Of a stretch of 37,709 nucleotides of DNA, positions 35,599-37,709 are shown piece by piece. This DNA is from a virus. Taxonomy: Duplodnaviria > Heunggongvirae > Uroviricota > Caudoviricetes. Every line of letters begins with the position of its first letter. Positions within the stretch are counted from its first letter, which is position 1. A program made the position numbers and the translations under genes. The notes below the pieces were generated by a model that saw only the letters and a list, made by a program, of their open reading frames with translations, made no database searches and was not told the origin of the DNA. The stretch lies in the IMG/VR virus record IMGVR_UViG_3300025072_002801; one strand, 5' to 3'.

Positions 35599-36248
35599 TA
35601 TTTATCTGTGCCGTCTTTGATTGTAATAGCAACGTAATCTAGTCCCAAAGCCTCTACAAAGCCCTGTGGAGCGTTCTGACGTAACACTAGACTGTCATAA
35701 CTACAAACAGTCAAAGTGTCGCATATAGACGACACAGAGAAGATGTATTCATATGCTTTACGTACACGAGAAAACCCGTCAGAAGGATCAGCACACATTT
35801 GGCGTGAAATTTGAGATTTAATTATTGCCAAATGATCACGAACACACACAATTAAATGAACTTTGTAATTTCTAGATTGTAAAGCAAAAACCATTTCCTG
35901 TAGAGGGGGAAAACAGTCATCAAGTTTTCCCTGCCCTGTTTCATGTGCGCCATCTGGGACAGATCTATGCCAAACAATAAAGTTAGAGGCGTTATCTAGG
36001 GACGTAAAATTTTCCTCACGGAAAATTTCATTTTCGCGTCCATCTTGCGGAAAGGAGTAAACGTACTTTACCCCTTGACATCCTGCGGCCTGGATGAGAT
36101 TATGGACGAATCGAGAACCGGAAGATTCTGGTCCGACGACAAGGTATGCCCTCCTATCAGTTGCATCGTTTCCTTTTTCACATCTAATGCTTCCAGTATT
36201 GCATCCACAGGGTGAGTTCGACATATTTCTCCTACTGGACATTCCCAC
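35592..36248 (-). CDS. Sulfotransferase-like protein (start uncertain)
   Basis: YLVVGPESSGSRFV, VCVRD..AIIKSQ, SYDSLV; 5' end overlaps the upstream GT9. Confidence 0.6.
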   Translation of the reverse strand: MGMSSRRNMSNSPCGCNTGSIRCEKGNDATDRRAYLVVGPESSGSRFVHNLIQAAGCQGVKYVYSFPQDGRENEIFREENFTSLDNASNFIVWHRSVPDGAHETGQGKLDDCFPPLQEMVFALQSRNYKVHLIVCVRDHLAIIKSQISRQMCADPSDGFSRVRKAYEYIFSVSSICDTLTVCSYDSLVLRQNAPQGFVEALGLDYVAITIKDGTDKYY

Positions 36249-37087
36249 ATTGCTCCAAACGCATCAACATCTGATAAAGATGTATTAGGTCTATGGCATT
36301 CTGGGGTGTCACACACTTGATTTCTTAAATGGGTATGCAGATCGTGTCCTAGCACATCTGGCGATGTTCCGCACCAGCAAACAACTGCTGGTTTATCGAA
36401 TGCTGCTGTAGCGTGTTGCATAAAGCTGTCTGTCAGCAATATTTTATCTGCATGTTTAATTATAGAGTATAAAAACCTAGTATCTTTTGCTGTAAGCATT
36501 TTTGCTCCAGTGACCCCAGGTTGATTGGTTTGTTTGATTTGAATGACATCATATTTGTCTTTTACGGCAGATACGACTTTTTCGGCAACAGTAATATCCA
36601 AATCTCTTTTTTGCATAGGAAGAGAGCCTTTGGATTGTTCTAGCTCTGTGTCTTGTGTTGGATCTCCGCCACCAGTTATTTGCATGAACAGCAATGGTTT
36701 TGAGAATTGAGCAGCAAATGCTTTAGCTTCAACCTCTTCATGTTTGGATATATATAAATCAGGCTTACTTCCATCATATGGTATTCCAATCATTTCGCAC
36801 CAAACATCTACTACATGACGACGTTTTCTGATGTAATCAATGTGCATGTATGGATCTACCTTGTAAATGATAAATTCTTCACGTTCTAATGCTAGGCTTT
36901 CATAGATATTTGTTCCAGGGCATAGAAGTTTATCGACATTTGGATTATATCTAAATGCTCCTGCATGAGGAGAGACTACTATAATTTCATCGTCTGGATA
37001 TGTTTTTCTAATGCTTCGTATCACAGCAGTGGCACAAATACATTTTCCGAGTCCACCTTCGGCGTAAAACACAATTGATCGTTTCAT
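36068..37087 (-). CDS. GT9-like glycosyltransferase
   Basis: EGGLGK, NPNVD, TDSFMQHATAAFDKPAVV.W..TSP..LG. Confidence 0.8.
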   Translation of the reverse strand: MKRSIVFYAEGGLGKCICATAVIRSIRKTYPDDEIIVVSPHAGAFRYNPNVDKLLCPGTNIYESLALEREEFIIYKVDPYMHIDYIRKRRHVVDVWCEMIGIPYDGSKPDLYISKHEEVEAKAFAAQFSKPLLFMQITGGGDPTQDTELEQSKGSLPMQKRDLDITVAEKVVSAVKDKYDVIQIKQTNQPGVTGAKMLTAKDTRFLYSIIKHADKILLTDSFMQHATAAFDKPAVVCWCGTSPDVLGHDLHTHLRNQVCDTPECHRPNTSLSDVDAFGAMWECPVGEICRTHPVDAILEALDVKKETMQLIGGHTLSSDQNLPVLDSSIISSRPQDVKG

Positions 37088-37091
37088 AGTC

Positions 37092-37709
37092 TTAACTTAG
37101 TTCGATTTCATCAATTTTCCCCAACTTCATAGTAGGATACCAGGGAGTTTTTTTATTATTTCCCCATCTTGCATCTGGATTTTCATTTAGGATGCCATAA
37201 GTTTCTTTTTTCATAGCTCCAGCGAGGTGTAGAACTGCTGTATCTACGGAAACTACGACATCCATAGATTCTATTACTTGAGCGGTATCCATCCAATCAT
37301 TTATTTCAACTCCTAGAAGTTCGAAATCTTCGCATCCTTCCAATAGACTTTGATCGACTATTGGTATGTTTAGATTGAATATGTCATATTGGTCGGAATA
37401 TTTTTTGAAATTGGAGAGGTTTATGTTTTTGATTTGAGTTGAAGACTCCCAGCATATTCCCATTAGTTTTTTATCACTTGATATATCTGGATGTGGATCG
37501 GCTTTTATATACTTTTTGTTTGGAATGATATTTGAGAACAGGGAAGGGAGATCCATTGAAAGGACGTTGAAATCATGTTTTGGGATATTTGGGTCGTTTT
37601 TTTTAATTAAATTTACGCCCCAATCTTGGAATTCAATTAGTCTATGCAAACTTTCTGGCACATGCAGATATATTTTTCCTCCTTCATATATTTGTATTGG
37701 AGGAACATA
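37092..37709 (-). CDS. GT9-like glycosyltransferase (5' truncated by the window edge)
   Basis: DWMDTAQVIESMDVVVSVDTAVLHLAGAM, TPWYPTM; frame stays open to the window end. Confidence 0.8.
   Translation of the reverse strand, partial: YVPPIQIYEGGKIYLHVPESLHRLIEFQDWGVNLIKKNDPNIPKHDFNVLSMDLPSLFSNIIPNKKYIKADPHPDISSDKKLMGICWESSTQIKNINLSNFKKYSDQYDIFNLNIPIVDQSLLEGCEDFELLGVEINDWMDTAQVIESMDVVVSVDTAVLHLAGAMKKETYGILNENPDARWGNNKKTPWYPTMKLGKIDEIELS

Noticed and set aside
1-37709. Stop-codon recoding (code 15 or 4)
   Set aside because: Long conserved genes are intact in code 11, and TAG and TGA both end genes at tight junctions.

Overview
This AT-rich, gene-dense window most likely comes from a large T4-like (jumbo) phage using the standard genetic code; a Planctomycete-like host is only weakly suggested. 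All family calls come from motif recognition by eye, with no database search. 1-7.8 kb: accessory operon with an HNH nuclease, three prokaryotic-E2(family D)-like paralogs and six tandem ~100-aa paralogs. 7.8-18 kb: kinase-like protein, UvsW helicase, P-loop kinase, amidinotransferase, ART-like protein, PyrB and a small ORF carrying a major-capsid-protein fragment; five proteins in the first 16 kb start with a T4-type capsid-targeting-like peptide. 17.6-25.3 kb: replication module (gp59-like, short PolA, sigma-like, gp41/DnaB, UvsY) interrupted by a cassette of 'MKNxW' genes and a ~650-nt structured non-coding region. 26.3-37.7 kb: two 15-aa-repeat fibre genes and a Cys-rich fibre-like gene interleaved with two sulfotransferase-like and four glycosyltransferase genes, plus a candidate ~165-nt structured RNA. 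A dispersed (A/T)n-CGCCC(C) motif recurs across the window.
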